The notes under the pieces were generated by a model. That model was not told where the DNA came from. It was given only the letters and a program-made list of their open reading frames with translations, and searched no databases. Made by a program: the position numbers and the translations under genes. From Heteronotia binoei (taxonomy: Eukaryota): a stretch of DNA of 64,000 bases. Positions 48,237 to 61,193 of the stretch are shown in pieces (position 1 is the first letter of the stretch; the number at the start of each line of letters is the position of its first letter). The stretch is taken from NCBI RefSeq assembly GCF_032191835.1, contig NC_083223.1, positions 258,354,001-258,418,000 of the forward strand, in the 5' to 3' direction.

Positions 48237-51200
48237 TTTCCCGTCTTTTACAATAAGGGAGAACTGTTAGGAGGTCGCCTCCACCTTCAGACTCGTATTT
48301 TCTCTGCAGTTCGAATTTTATGCATCTCGGTTAACTTGGAGGAATGGATCAGATTTCCCAACAAGAAAATGGAGTTCACTGTTTTAACTTTTACAAAAAG
48401 CAGATCAGCCAGTTAAAGTGAAATCGTGCCAGCCAGATTCCCTAGAAAAGGATAGCCCGTAATAACCAGCCCCTCCAGGGTACCTGGAGAAAGAAAGTCA
48501 TTGTCTCTAATCCCAAACTAGCCGAAAAGGGGGCAACATGTCCAGCCCAACCAAAGGCATATTTCTACCCTGACCAATGTGGTAGGGACATTGGGAAAAG
48601 CAGCTTATTAAGTAGCTTCGTGATCTTCATACTCCACTTAAAAACACTCGAGGCAAATCACAAAGGGTTAGTTCCAGACTAGACTAGCAGTTTCCACCTA
48701 TTTCCCCTTCCCACTGCAGACCCTCCCCCTCCCAAGTTATTCCTCTGGTCTCCCCCCCCCCCCCCCAAGAGTAGCATCTCCAAGATCAGTGAACTGCAAT
48801 TGAAGGGGAAGCAGGAAAGTTCCTTTTTGCCTTAATAAAGGTAATATCTACCTGGATAAAAGCTGCAGAACATTCAAATAGCAGTCTGTCCTAAAGAAAA
48901 TTACCCCCCCCCCCCCAATCCCCTTCCCATGGAGAAAGAAAGTGATTGTATCTAATCCCAAACCAACCGAAAAAGGGCAACATGTCCAGCCCAAGCAAAG
49001 GCATATTTCTATCCTGACCAATGCGGTACGGATGTCAGGAAAGGCACTGCAGACCTCTCCCCACCCTAGTTATTCCCCGCTCCCCCCGCCCCACAGAGCA
49101 GCATCTCCAAGATCAGTGAGCTGCAGTGGGAGAGGCAAGAAAGTTCCATTCTTCCTTAATTACATCTACCTGGATAAAAGCTGCAGAACATTCAAACAGC
49201 AGCAGTCTGTCCTAAAGAAAATGACCCCCCCCCCAAAAAAAAGAACCCCATCCCCCTGCAATCCCTAAAAACGAATAGAGCCAGGAGCCAGACATGAATA
49301 ATAGGACCTCCTAATTCAGAAGCATTCTGCCAGTCTGCAGGAGGGCTGTTACCTTCATGTCCAGCTTGTGGGTGTCCTGGAGAGATCTAGCTGGCCTTTG
49401 CTGGGAAGAGGGAAGTGGAAAGAGGTCTCTTTGGTCCAACCCTGCAGGGCTCCTCGTGTTCTGAGGTGCCTGCTGCAAATCACAGGAATACTCTGGCTCG
49501 AACCAAGAGCTGTTGATTAGCGGGGGGGGGGGGGAGTTATTACAACCACAGACTAGAAGCCCCCCCTTTCCAGGACAAGGTGTTGTGGGAGGGTGACTGT
49601 TACTTTGCAGAGAAGGATCCACCCACCCAGAGGGAAGGCTGGTGAATGGGAAATCTAGGATGAGTCTGAATAGGATACTTAAACCCCAGGTAAAAGGAGG
49701 GACAATTACTTTAGTATGACTTTTTTTTTAAAGGTAAAGGCAATCCCCTGTGCAAGCACCAGTCGTTTCTGAGTCTGAGGTGACGTTGCTTTCACAATGT
49801 TTTCACGGCAGACTTTTTACGGGGTGGTTTGCCATTTCCTTCCCAGTCATCTACACTTTACCTCCAGCAAGCTGAGTACTCATTTTACCGACCTTGGAAG
49901 GATGGAAAGCTGAGCCAACCTGGAGCCGGCTACCTGAAACCAGCTTCCACTGGGATTGAACTCAGGTCGTGAGCAGAAAGTTCAGACTGCAGTACTGCAG
50001 CTTTACCACTCTGCGCCACAGGGCTAACTCTCCCCCACCACCCCTATTAAATCTGCGTATGACCCTTCCTTTGTCTTTCATGGCGCCACAAGAGTCTCTG
50101 ATTCGACTGCAGCAGGCTCACAGGGCATTTCCAGTAGCCGACATTAACAGTGGAGGTGGAAAGAGGGAGTCGATATCAGAATAGCAGCTGTCTTACAAGA
50201 CCTATTTCCTTCAGGCTTTAACTGTGGGCTTCTGGGAGGAATACAGCTATTGCTCACATTGGCACTTTTATGAGCTTGTTTAGCCTGAAATGTACTTTAA
50301 AATACCTTTTCCCAGATGCTTTATCTTTTTAAACACCTGCCCAACAGACAGTGGGTTTCCCCTCCCTCTGTGTCTGGTGTTTCCTGCTCTTTCACATCTA
50401 TCCCTTTCCCCACATCTGTTCCTTCCTCAGAAAAATATCAGTACTTTAAAACCAGTACAAAAAGATGTGTGTTCTATCAATCGCTTCTAGATTTTTTTTA
50501 ATAACCTCACAAAGCAAAATAAAACCATGAGGAAAATTTCCCTTTCATTTACATTTGATGGCGTTTTTCCTCTGACTGGGCTCAGTAGTGGTCAGTGGGG
50601 TTTATAGGGTTGCCATCTCTGGGTTAGGAAATACCTGGAGATTTTGGGATGGAGCCTGAGGACAGTGGGATTTTAGGAGGGGGAGTCCTCAGTGGGGTAT
50701 AATGCCATAGAGTTCATCTCTGAAGCAACCATTTTCTTCAGGTGATGATGTTATTGGATTTATATACCACCCTCCACTCCAAATCTCAGAGTCTCAGAGC
50801 GGTTCACAATCTCCTTTATCTTCCTCCCCAACAACAGACACCCTGTGAGAGGGCTCTCACAGCAGCTGCCCTTTCAAGGCAGCCTCTGCCAAAGCTATGG
50901 CTGACCCAAGGCCATTCCAGCAGGTGCATGTGGAGGAGTGGGGAATCAAACCCGGTTCTCCCAGATAAGAGTTCACACACTTAACCACTACACCAAACTG
51001 GCTCTGATCTCTCAAACTGATCTCTATCATATGGAGATTTGGTGTAATTCCAGGAGTTCTCCAGGCCACACCTGGAGGAGGGCTTTGAATGACACTCACC
51101 TGCAGAAGCATTACAGAGTATGAACTAAATGGTTTAATTGACCAGGTGGACTGGTACAAAAGTCAGTAGGTTTGCAAAAACCTTTGAGCTGGTGTGGTAA

Positions 51201-52781
51201 AGTGTATTTTGTAAGCCCCAAGTTCCCAAGTAAGTCAGCCTTAGCTTTGAAAGACATCCATTTGCAGATAGATCCAAAAGCATAGCCATGTTGGTATGAA
51301 GCAGCAGCAGAACGTTTGAGTCCAGTGGCACCTTTAAGACAACAACGTTTTATTTATTATTATTTATTTATTATGTTAGACTTATATCCCGCCCATTCTA
51401 CAAAGACTCAAGGCGGCTAACAACATTAGATAACTATGTTAAAACAATAAAACAGTCAGATAAAATCACAATGGTGCTACTTTGTCTATTCAGGCAAGAT
51501 CATATAGTATTTTCCTTTCTCCAAAGCGGTCAGATCCTAGGCAGATGGTACTAATGCAAGATATATCCGGGTGAGGTGGCAGCCCTTTCCCATTTAAATG
51601 TCATATGCCATCCAAAACAATTCAGTAAGTCCCACAGGGGCCTGATGGCTTCTGGGAGGAAGTTTCAGATTGTTGGGGCTGCCACCGAGAAGGCTGTTGC
51701 TCTGGTGGAATTTAGCCTAGCCTCCTTTAGCCCAGGGACAGCCAAAAGATTTTGAGGACTTGATCGAAATGCTCTCTGGGGAACATGTGGGGCAAGGCGG
51801 TCTCACAGATATATAAGTCCTAGGCCATATAGGGCTAGGTAGAAGCAAGCATTGCAGGGGATGAGTGAAATTATTTCATTGACATGAGACAGAGAAGATC
51901 CTGGCATAAAAATTCACCCCATAAGTGGCATGGTAAAGACTGCTACCATAAGTAGCATGGTAAAGACTGCTACCTTTACCTTTAAGAGCCCCATGGCGCA
52001 GAGTGGTAAAGCTGCAGTACTGCAGTCGGAGCCCTCTGCTCATGACCTGAGTTCGATCCTGATGGAAGCTGGGTTCAGGTAGCCAGCTCCAGGTTGACTC
52101 AGCCTTCCATCCTTCCGAGGTCAGTAAAATGAGTACCCAGCTTCACCCACATCTGATCTCCAAGTTGTGAATGAGAGGCAAGTCTGGCAAAGTCTGGGAG
52201 AAGTTCCACTGAGCCCCCAGTTTTGGGTTTACAACCCAGTGGGATGTCTTTTATGTGTAAACATCTCTCAGTTGGCTGCCCTGGCAGGCTCTGGGTCTCA
52301 CAAATTGACATCCAGTTTGGTTAATGGGCTCTGAGCTCATGTGGCGGGGTGGGGAGACTGAAAAGGAACTGTTCCTTTGTGTTTTTGGAGTGAATGGGAG
52401 ATGGCTGGGAGCTGAGAAGGGAGGTCATCTGTTCCTTAGTGCATGCTGTTGCTTGTTGTGGTTCGCTGTGTGCACCCACGCAGCCAGCCTCCCGATGACA
52501 TTGGGACAAATGTTCCAAGTTTGTCAAGTCACCCAACTAGTATCTTATTATTTTTTGGGGGTGTAGTAGCTGTGTCCTAGAACTGTCCTGCAGTCACTCT
52601 TTTGAGCTGTGAACTTAAGAACGTAAGAGAAGCCATGTTGGTTCAGGCCAGTGGTCCATCCAGTCCAACACTTTGTATCACACAGTGGCCAAAACCCAGT
52701 TGCCATCAGGAGGTCCACCAGCAGGGCCGGAATTCCAGAAATCCTCCCACTGTGGCCCCTCCAAGCACCAAGAATAGAGAG

Positions 52782-53071
52782 TAGGGGTGGCCAAACTGTG
52801 GCTCGGGAGCCACATGTGGCTCTTGCACATATATTCCATGGCTCTCAAAGCCCCACTACCCAATCAGCTGGCTTGGAGAAGGCATTTCTCCCTTTAAATC
52901 ACTTCTTCAAGCCAAGCCAGCTGGCAGCTTGGAGAATGCATTAAAGTTGTTTTGATGCCACCGCTCCCTCCCTCAATATCTATTTCCCTCCCTCCCTTCC
53001 ATCTTGTGGCTCTCAAACATCTGATGTTTATTCTATGTGGCTCTTACATTAAGCACGTTTGGCCACCCCTG
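52782..53071. mobile_element. hAT MITE (fragments of the same family at 16938-17020 and 28020-28100)
   Basis: TAGGGGTGGCCAAAC ... GTTTGGCCACCCCTG TIRs; inserted in a CR1 3' fragment. Confidence 0.8.
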
Positions 53072-54415
53072 AGATACAGCATAGTTACCCCAGACAGAGT
53101 GTTCTATCTATAGGAAAGGAAAGGTCCCCTGTGCAAGCACCAGTCATTTCCGACTCTGGGTGATGTTGCTCTCACAATGTTTTCACGGCAGATTTTTTAC
53201 CTGGTGGTTTGCCATTGCCTTCCCCCGTCATCTACACTTTCCCCCCAGCAAGCTGAGTAGTCATTTTACCGACCTCAAAAGGATGGAAGGCTGAGTCAAC
53301 CTCAAGCCAGCTACCTGAAAACCCAGCTTCCACCGGGGATCGAACTCAGGTCGTGAGCAGAGCTTAGGACCACAGTACTGCAGCTTTAACACTCTGCGCC
53401 ACGGCGCTATACAACTATACATCATGGCTAATAGCCACTGATGGACTTCTGCTCCATATGTTTATCTAATCCCCTCTTGAAGCTGTCTGTGCTTGTAGCT
53501 GCCACCACTTCCTGTGGCAGTGAATTCCACATGTTAATTACTCTTTGGGTGAAGGACTTCTTTTTATCTGTTCTAAACCTCCTGGCTTAGCCCAGGAGCC
53601 AAACATTATTTGTGGCTGCCACTGAACCTGCCCCTTCAGAGAAGCTGGATAAATTTGGCATACTGCTTCTTCTTCTGACAACAAAGCTCAGCAACACACA
53701 AGAGCCTCCCACCCATCCTAAGTCTATTGCAGGGTGGGAAGGAGAGAGGATCTCTTTTCACATCTCACTGGGCTTTGGAGAAGGCAGGAACAGCGTCAAA
53801 CAGAGTCAAAGGACTTTACACTTTCTGTTTAAAGAAAGAAACAAACAAAGATATGGGAAAACCAGGTTTGATTCCCCACTCTCTACCTGCAGCTGCTGGA
53901 ATAGCCTTGGGTCAGCCATAACTCTGGCAGAGGTTGTCCTTGAAAGGGCAGCTGCTGTGAGAGCCCTCTCAGCCCCACCTACCTCACAGGGTGTTTGTTG
54001 TGGGGGAAGAAGATAAAGGAGATTAAGAACAGAAGAACGGAAGAGAAGCCGTGTTGGATCAGGCCAATGGCCCATCCAGTCCAACACTGTGTGTCACACA
54101 GTGGCCAAAAAACCCAGGCACCATCTAGAGGTCCATCAGTGGGGTACTTCTTTTTATCTTTGAGCTGCTCTGAGACTCTGAGATTCAGAGTGAAGGGCGG
54201 GATATAAATCCAATATCATCATCTTCTAAAGAAAAAAAGATTTCCCAAAGATCAGGATTATATTAGCCCCTTCCCAGACCTTTTCACAACATCAATTATA
54301 CTGTAAACAAAGGAAAACCTTTCAAAAAACACTGCAAAAGTAAAAAGTTATTACCTGGTCCCCATTTAATTCTGAAAACAGCCTAAAGAATGTCACTGGT
54401 GTAGCAAAGGCAGGC

Positions 54416-55690
54416 TTACTGTAGTTTAATTTTCCTAGTCATCTGGCCAGTGCAATAGTGAGCGATAATCTGAATAAGAATCAAAGAGTTGGCAAAAAGA
54501 AAGAATAAGCCTGCTAGCCATATCAGCAAGAAAGTGTTCTGCCCCTCGAATTCCAAAAAGTAAGCAGGTGCTAGCCACAGAGCTTGCCCCACCAGCCACA
54601 GCAAGAAGAGGAGCGTAGCCTGCTGCCAGGACATCCTCAGGCAGGGGATTACAGGGGGCAGAAGGCAAAGGTACCACAGAAAATATTGGGAGGTGCACAC
54701 CTTGTTAAAACTCACAAACACAGCAGTGTGCAGGAAGGAGCAGAAGACAAGGTCTTTGTAGTAAGCGAAAGAAATACCCAAAAGCAGCAGGAGCTGTGGC
54801 AAGAAAGCTGCAAGTCCGAGGGAAAAACTCCACTCGCTTTCTGCAGTCAAGTACAGCATGTAGAAATAGGGCGAGAAGTTGTGGCAGATATCTCTCCGGG
54901 TCACGTGGTAGAAATAGGTCTGCTCTAGAAATTCCCGGCCGTAAGAGAAATAAAAAAGGAGGCTGAGGGCAGCAAAGGTGCCTCCGGCCACAGCTGCAAA
55001 AAGCAGAACGTCCCGACTGAAGAGTCTTAAGAAAAACCTCCAGAAGTTGTCCACTTTTTGTTTCTTCGGAACATCTGCATTTCCTTTTTCATGGCTTTGA
55101 CCACTTTGCAAATGGAGAACTATTGGCAGCGCGTAGGTCACCGGGTAAATTTTCATATGTACAGACAGGCCATACAGAACAGCAGCCTTGGCTAGATGCT
55201 TCTTTTCCATATAATACATGGTGCCCAGGACCAGGCTAGCTACCAGGGACTCGGCGTTTCCTCGGCTGGATACTGTCATGGGCAGAGGGTTGAGGAGCCA
55301 GAATGAGCAGCACCCGCAGGCCTTCCTGCTCTCCAGTCCTCTGAGCAGCAGAATCCGGTACATGAGGTATGCAGCGACCAGATCCCCAGCAATAAAGAGG
55401 AGCTTTCCATACAGATCAGAAATGTAGATGTTTGGGGTTAAGATCCAGGCCAGCAGCGGAGTGTAACGGTACGTGGCTCTTAGGTAAGGGGACTTCCCCT
55501 CTGTGATATACTTGGCAGCGTCAGTGAATACTTGATAATCGATGTCTGTATACTTCACCAACATTGTTCTGTCCTGATAAACTCCATAGAAGACGAGCAG
55601 GAGCCTGATTATGAAAGCGCTGGCGAATAAAACATCTTTCCTGAGACACCCTGTAACGATTGGCTTCCCAAATATCTGATGGGGCATCAT
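54416..55690 (-). CDS. PIGM: GPI mannosyltransferase 1 (PIG-M), 424 aa, uninterrupted CDS
   Basis: ORF contains [13 protein letters not shown] (DXD motif), [36 protein letters not shown] and [13 protein letters not shown], all PIG-M hallmarks; length close to human (423 aa). ATTAAA at 54365-54370 (minus). Confidence 0.98.
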   Translation of the reverse strand: MMPHQIFGKPIVTGCLRKDVLFASAFIIRLLLVFYGVYQDRTMLVKYTDIDYQVFTDAAKYITEGKSPYLRATYRYTPLLAWILTPNIYISDLYGKLLFIAGDLVAAYLMYRILLLRGLESRKACGCCSFWLLNPLPMTVSSRGNAESLVASLVLGTMYYMEKKHLAKAAVLYGLSVHMKIYPVTYALPIVLHLQSGQSHEKGNADVPKKQKVDNFWRFFLRLFSRDVLLFAAVAGGTFAALSLLFYFSYGREFLEQTYFYHVTRRDICHNFSPYFYMLYLTAESEWSFSLGLAAFLPQLLLLLGISFAYYKDLVFCSFLHTAVFVSFNKVCTSQYFLWYLCLLPPVIPCLRMSWQQATLLFLLWLVGQALWLAPAYFLEFEGQNTFLLIWLAGLFFLFANSLILIQIIAHYCTGQMTRKIKLQ

Positions 55691-57189
55691 ATTTGGTTCT
55701 CTTTAACAGAAATCAGAATGAGAAATAAAACCCATTACTGGGCCAGGCTTGAACCATCCTCTGGTTATGCCACAATTTGAATAAGAAGGTGAAGTTAGTC
55801 TTCTGTGTGAAGTTAGTCTTCCTCTTCTGTGTGGGATCCAAAGAGCAACTCTGTTTAGATCACAAGCAGTCCTGTTGAAAAGATAAAAAGCTGTTTAGAA
55901 CAAGGAAAATGGTTTTTGCTTGGAGATCACAGTAACGTAGCAAAGTGATTTGTTTGGCTTTCTCGTGTGCAGAGGCCTGTTTAAAGGTTAGGGATCAATT
56001 ACATGCTGGCTGCAGTTCAGCAAATGTTTCATGCAGGGGTCGTTTTGTAGAAAAATAGGTGGTAGAGCTCATTAGCATAACATTCATTGGCATATGCCAC
56101 CCCCCGCCCAACCAGGCAAAAGCAACCTGACACAAGAAAGGAGAGCCCCGGACAAACAAGGCCTGCTTAGGCTTGCTAGCGATCCAGCCAGCCCAAGCAG
56201 GCCTTGCTCACCTGGGGTTCTCCTTGGCCGCCCACCCCACCCCCACCTCCGCCTGCACAGTCAAAAGGCTAGCAAGCCACCTGCCGCTCAAAATCAGATA
56301 AGAAGTGGAGAAAGGGTGGTGTGGGCTTCTCCGGGGGTTAATGAGGGCTGCTGGGGGTGTAGCAAAGCTCCTGGTGGCTGGCTGGCTTTCCTAATCCAGG
56401 GATTGTTATGCAGCTGCACCTACTATTCAATGGACAAGGTAGGTGGAGAGGAGGGGGAGTTGTCAGAAAGGTTCAGGAGCTGTGCTCCTGTGGGCTCCTG
56501 CTGAATTCCAGGCCTGGTTTCATGGAACCATTTGAGAGTTCCTGCCCTTAAGAGACAACAGGTGCACACAGTCCAAAGGCACCAGATGTATTCCAGCATT
56601 CAGATTGTACCCATATTGTAAGGGAAGTCACTGTAACAGTAGATTTAGAGTTCAAACTGATTCACTGCTACTGTACAAAGATGCTCACCCAGTTTTTTTT
56701 ATGCAAGCCTCTTTGGAGGTATTTGGTGAGAAGGATGGGATGTACCTATTTTTAAAACAATTAGGATAGCAGGAAAGATAGATGCTGAGGGAAAAAATCA
56801 GGCTGATCACACCACTGTAGTGTGGTGACAGATGTAGTTCAAATCCCAGTAGTCATTAGCATTCCAATCTGAACACATAAGAGGATGAGAAGAAAAACAA
56901 AGGAACAACTTTCCCTTGGATTAATAAGAGCAAAATATTTCAAAGGTATATGATGTCATTCTTCTACTGAAGCTAAAATAATCCGGTCCTTTAAGGCAGG
57001 GGTATCAAACTTCATTTGTTATGAGGGTCAGATGTGACATAAATGAGACCTTGTTGGGCTGGGCCATGTGTGTCATGAAATGTAAGGCCAGGTAGTGGAG
57101 AAATAAACTTTACAAAGGACACTGGCAAACTCAATTAAAAGGTGTGTTTTTCAGGAAGAGAGCAACAGCAACTTTGTCCATCGCCTCTT

Positions 57190-57378
57190 GCAGTAGTAGA
57201 AAAGAGCAAGAGGCCAGTAGCACCTTAAAGACTAACAAAATTTGTGGCAGGGGATGAGCTTTTATGCATCACTGCTGCAGCTGTATCTGAAGAAGTGACC
57301 AGTGACTTAGGGAAGTTCATCCTCTGCCACAAATGTTAGTCTTTAAGGCACTACTTGACCGTTACTCTTTTCTACTGC
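57190..57378. mobile_element. Penelope-like foldback remnant
   Basis: Arms GTAGAAAAGAG..CCTTAAAGACTAAC / GTTAGTCTTTAAGG..CTCTTTTCTAC around CTGAAGAAGTG. Confidence 0.55.
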
Positions 57379-57679
57379 TACAGACAGATTAACACGGCTA
57401 CCCACCTTGATCCATCTCTTGCAGTAGGTCACTAGGTCCTCTAGGACTATGTAAAGGGCTGCAACCTTTTGTGCATGTGCAGGACACACATATTGTGTCT
57501 CATGAAAAGTCTTGAAATAGACCAGCTCTGTTCCCCCGCCCTCCCCCGCAATCATTTTACTAATGGAGAAATATCTTAGTTGAGGATGTCCCATCCTATG
57601 GAAGCAGAGCCACCTAATGAAAGCAGTGAATGGAAGTGAACAGAGAGAAGCCACCATTGGTGAACATTTGAAATTATTA

Positions 57680-58267
57680 AAAGGTCAAGGAAGTCCCCTG
57701 TGCAAGCACCAGTCATTTCTGACTCTGGGGTGACATTGCTTTCACAACGTTTTCACAGCAGACTTTTTACGGGGTAGTTTGCCATTGCCTTCCCCAGTCA
57801 TCTACACTTTTCCCCCAGCAAGGTGGGTACTCATTTTACTGACCTCGGAAGGATGGAAGGTTGAGTCAACCTCGAGCCAGTTACCTAAACCCAGCTTCCG
57901 CTGGGATTGAACTCAGGTCATAAACAGAGTTTAGGACTACAGTACTGCAGCTTTACCACTCTGCTCCACGGGGCTCTTTTGAAATTATTAAAAAGGTAAA
58001 GGTAGTCCCCTGTGCAAGCACCAGTCATTTCCGACTCTGGGGTGACATTGCTTTCGCAACGTTTTCACAGGGTGGTTTGCCATTGCCTTCCCCAGTCATC
58101 TACACTTTCCCCCCAGCAAGCTGGGTACTCATTTTACTGATCTCAGAAGGATGGAAGGCTGAGTCAACCTTGAGCCGGCTACCTAAACCCAGTTTCCACC
58201 AGGACTGAACTCAGGTCATAAACAGAGTTTAGGACTGCAGCTTTACCACTCTGCACCATGGGGCTCT
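57680..58267 (-). mobile_element. Two tandem Sauria SINEs in the PIGM 5' region
   Basis: Two full copies separated and flanked by tt(t/c)gaaattatta. Confidence 0.85.
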
Positions 58268-61193
58268 TTCGAAATTATTACTAGGCCCTTAAAAGGGAAA
58301 AGTATCTAGCAGGAGTAAAATTCTCCTTGGTTCAGTTTTAAGGGATGGCAGCTGAAGGGGGGGTGATGGTGGGGAGAAGAGCTGGCTGTTTTGGTCTGCT
58401 TGAGAAGGATTCCTTGAAAGGGCATGGCATATCGGGGAGGGTCAGTGGTCCTCCTTTTCTGTGCAAACCACAAGCTCATTCTTGGGATGTAAATGACCTG
58501 ACTGTGATCTTGCTCCTTCCTAATTCTGGAAAGAAGGGAGCCAATCAGATAAGCAATTTAGCATTTCCCAGTTCTCTTCCCCTCTAGTGGCAGAAAGGCA
58601 CTCCAAGCTATGCGTTCAGGGACTGGAGGGAAAGGAGAAAATTGAAACACTAGTAAAGAAGTCAAGTATGCTTGGTAGCGTTGGGCAGGACTGCTACATG
58701 ACTCCTCTTCTAGTACTCAGCCCCTGGTATTGGAAACAGATGCTGGGAGGTCCGGAAAAATCGAAGCCCTGGAAGGTGGAGTCAATGATAGAAATGACGG
58801 TTAAGGTAGCCCTTGTGAGTCTGTGTTGCAATTCAAGAGCCAGCGAAGCAAAAAGTGACATTCAAAAAAGGGAAACAACAGCACTAGGCAGAGAAAAGAG
58901 CTTGTCACTACCGGAGAGGAAAGGGGAAGATGGAGCATTTTCTGCTTCTATAAAGATCTTACCTTGTAGTGAGGAAGCAGCTTTATCTATCTGAGCATGC
59001 TCAGTGCGGCACTTGGAAGGTATCGCCCTCAATCGCATTGCCCTTCCTTTGTGATTCTACTTCCTCTTTTTTCCAAAAGTGTATTTGGGAGAAGCAGCTC
59101 GGAACAAAGGTGTCTGAGTGGCACTACAGAGCCTAAAAGCCAGGTGTGAGGAAGAGAGGTGATGGATATCTAGAGGATTACATATTAGGGCATGCATAAC
59201 AAATTTATTTATTTATTATTTATTACATTAAGCTTATATCCTGCCCTCTCCGCAAGCCGACTCAGGGAGGCTCTCAAAATTTGAGTCCAGTGGCACCTTT
59301 AAGAGCAACAAAGTTTAATTCTCGGTATAACCTTTAGTGTGCATGCACTCTTCTTCAGATACCTGATTCTGTTCTCTGGCACATTTCCCCATGAAGATTA
59401 ATGCATAATGATGATGTGTAGGAAGAAGGTAGTTGTGAGTTTCCTGCATTGTGCAGGGGATTGAACTAGGTGAACTCTGGGTATATATACTGTTGGGTGG
59501 AGCAATGAAATTACTTAATTTGCATATTGAGAGGAATGTGTATGGGGGTGTTTGGAAGGGGGAAAAACTGGTGAGGGTATGGAGGATAAGGCCTAGATGT
59601 TTGTCTCTCCATGGCCTGGAGTGCTGGAAGGACTTCGCATGTGTGGCGACTTCTAGTTGACCCCTACTGGGGGCCTGGAGGATATTCAGAGAGATGGCTG
59701 ATTAAAGCCTACCCTGTCCCCCTGACTGCTGGTATTTCAGGAACTTGGCAGAGTCTACCCTGCTTAGCTTCTGAGATCTGATGAGATCAGGCTTGCCTGG
59801 GTTAGCCAGGCTGGGGCTGCTGAAGACATTTTTGTCTGGTGCGGGCCCTCCCTTTATGGAAATCACTTTTTCTGGAGGAGGTTAGCCCCAGACCATCTAT
59901 CTTTGAACTGGAGCTAATTTCTTCTCTGAGATGGTGAGGAAGGAGGCCCTGAGGACCTTCCTTCCCACTGGAAGTCAGCTTCTGAGGGACTGAAGCTGGA
60001 CCAGCTTCAATAAGAAAACAGTACTTCCAGGACACCTTTGGTTTGGGAAGGGAAAGGAGTATGGGGGTGGGGAGTACCATACCCTGTCTGTAAAATTGTA
60101 TTTTCCCTGTTGTAATAGTTACTTTGCTTATGCCAAGGTGTGTGAGTGGGAGGGAGTGCTTTAAGAAAGGATGCCCTAAGCCTTGAACTTGCCCTTATTT
60201 TCAGCACCTGGGTTACATGGTTCTATGAACACTTCCTCCCCCATTACAGAGACAACTGAGTAGGCAGTACTTAGATTTCTAAAAAGGGAGATGCTGAACT
60301 TATAAGCATCGACATTTGCTTTGCTTCATTGGGGCTGGGCGGAGAAGAGGCTGGTGATCCAAATGGGAGAAGTTGATTTTGGTATCCTGAGATCTGATTT
60401 AGAGAAAGCAAAATGGGGAAGGTAATATTTATGTCTTCAGCTAATTTTGTTTGTGTGTTTGTACTGGGAATGAGGGCAAATACGGCTGGTTCTAAAATAT
60501 GGTCAGTGAAGTGATTCTGCTGTCCTGGACCCTATTTTAACCAAACAAATGTTCCCATTTTTTTCAGGCCTGGGTATCTGAAAAGCCAGTATTTATTCTA
60601 TGAATTTTTAGGACAAACAATGGATAAGAATTGGAAAAAGAATCAGTAGGGTTAAAAGATATGGTTAGCAAGAACAGAATATTATTATGAAGAAATAAAG
60701 CAAAAAAAGGAGAATAAATAGGTATCACAGTTTCAGTTATATGCAAATAAGAAAGTGGGGGATTATGTGTTACAAGGGAGACAGCAGTGCAAAGAAAACA
60801 CATTCAAGAATATATACATATATTTTTGCTGATAATGGAAGTCAGCATTCCAGGAGGATGTAGAAAGGGGAATCCTCACACAACTGGTTGCCCGCAAGAG
60901 CCAAAATAAAGTTGACATCTATTATTACATTTCCATGTACTAATACATGGAATTTTAGCCCTTCCTCCAAAAAAACCCAATACATTCTCTGGTGCAATCC
61001 CCAATTTTATCCATCCACAACTTTGTAGAGGAGAATGATAGAGGACCCTCAGCTACCCAAAGAACTTCATGGTGGCCGTGAGGATTTGCACTTGGCTCTC
61101 CGTGTTGAATCCCAGTGAGAAAGGCAGACTATAAATAACGTCAATGAATAATTCCAGTGCCAGCTGATGGACTAACACGGCAGCTACCCATCT

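Larger units (their letters stand above)
47750..49719 (-). repeat. Right arm of the inverted duplication carrying U2
   Basis: See left arm; contains an extra internal duplication at about 48930-49235. Confidence 0.85.
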
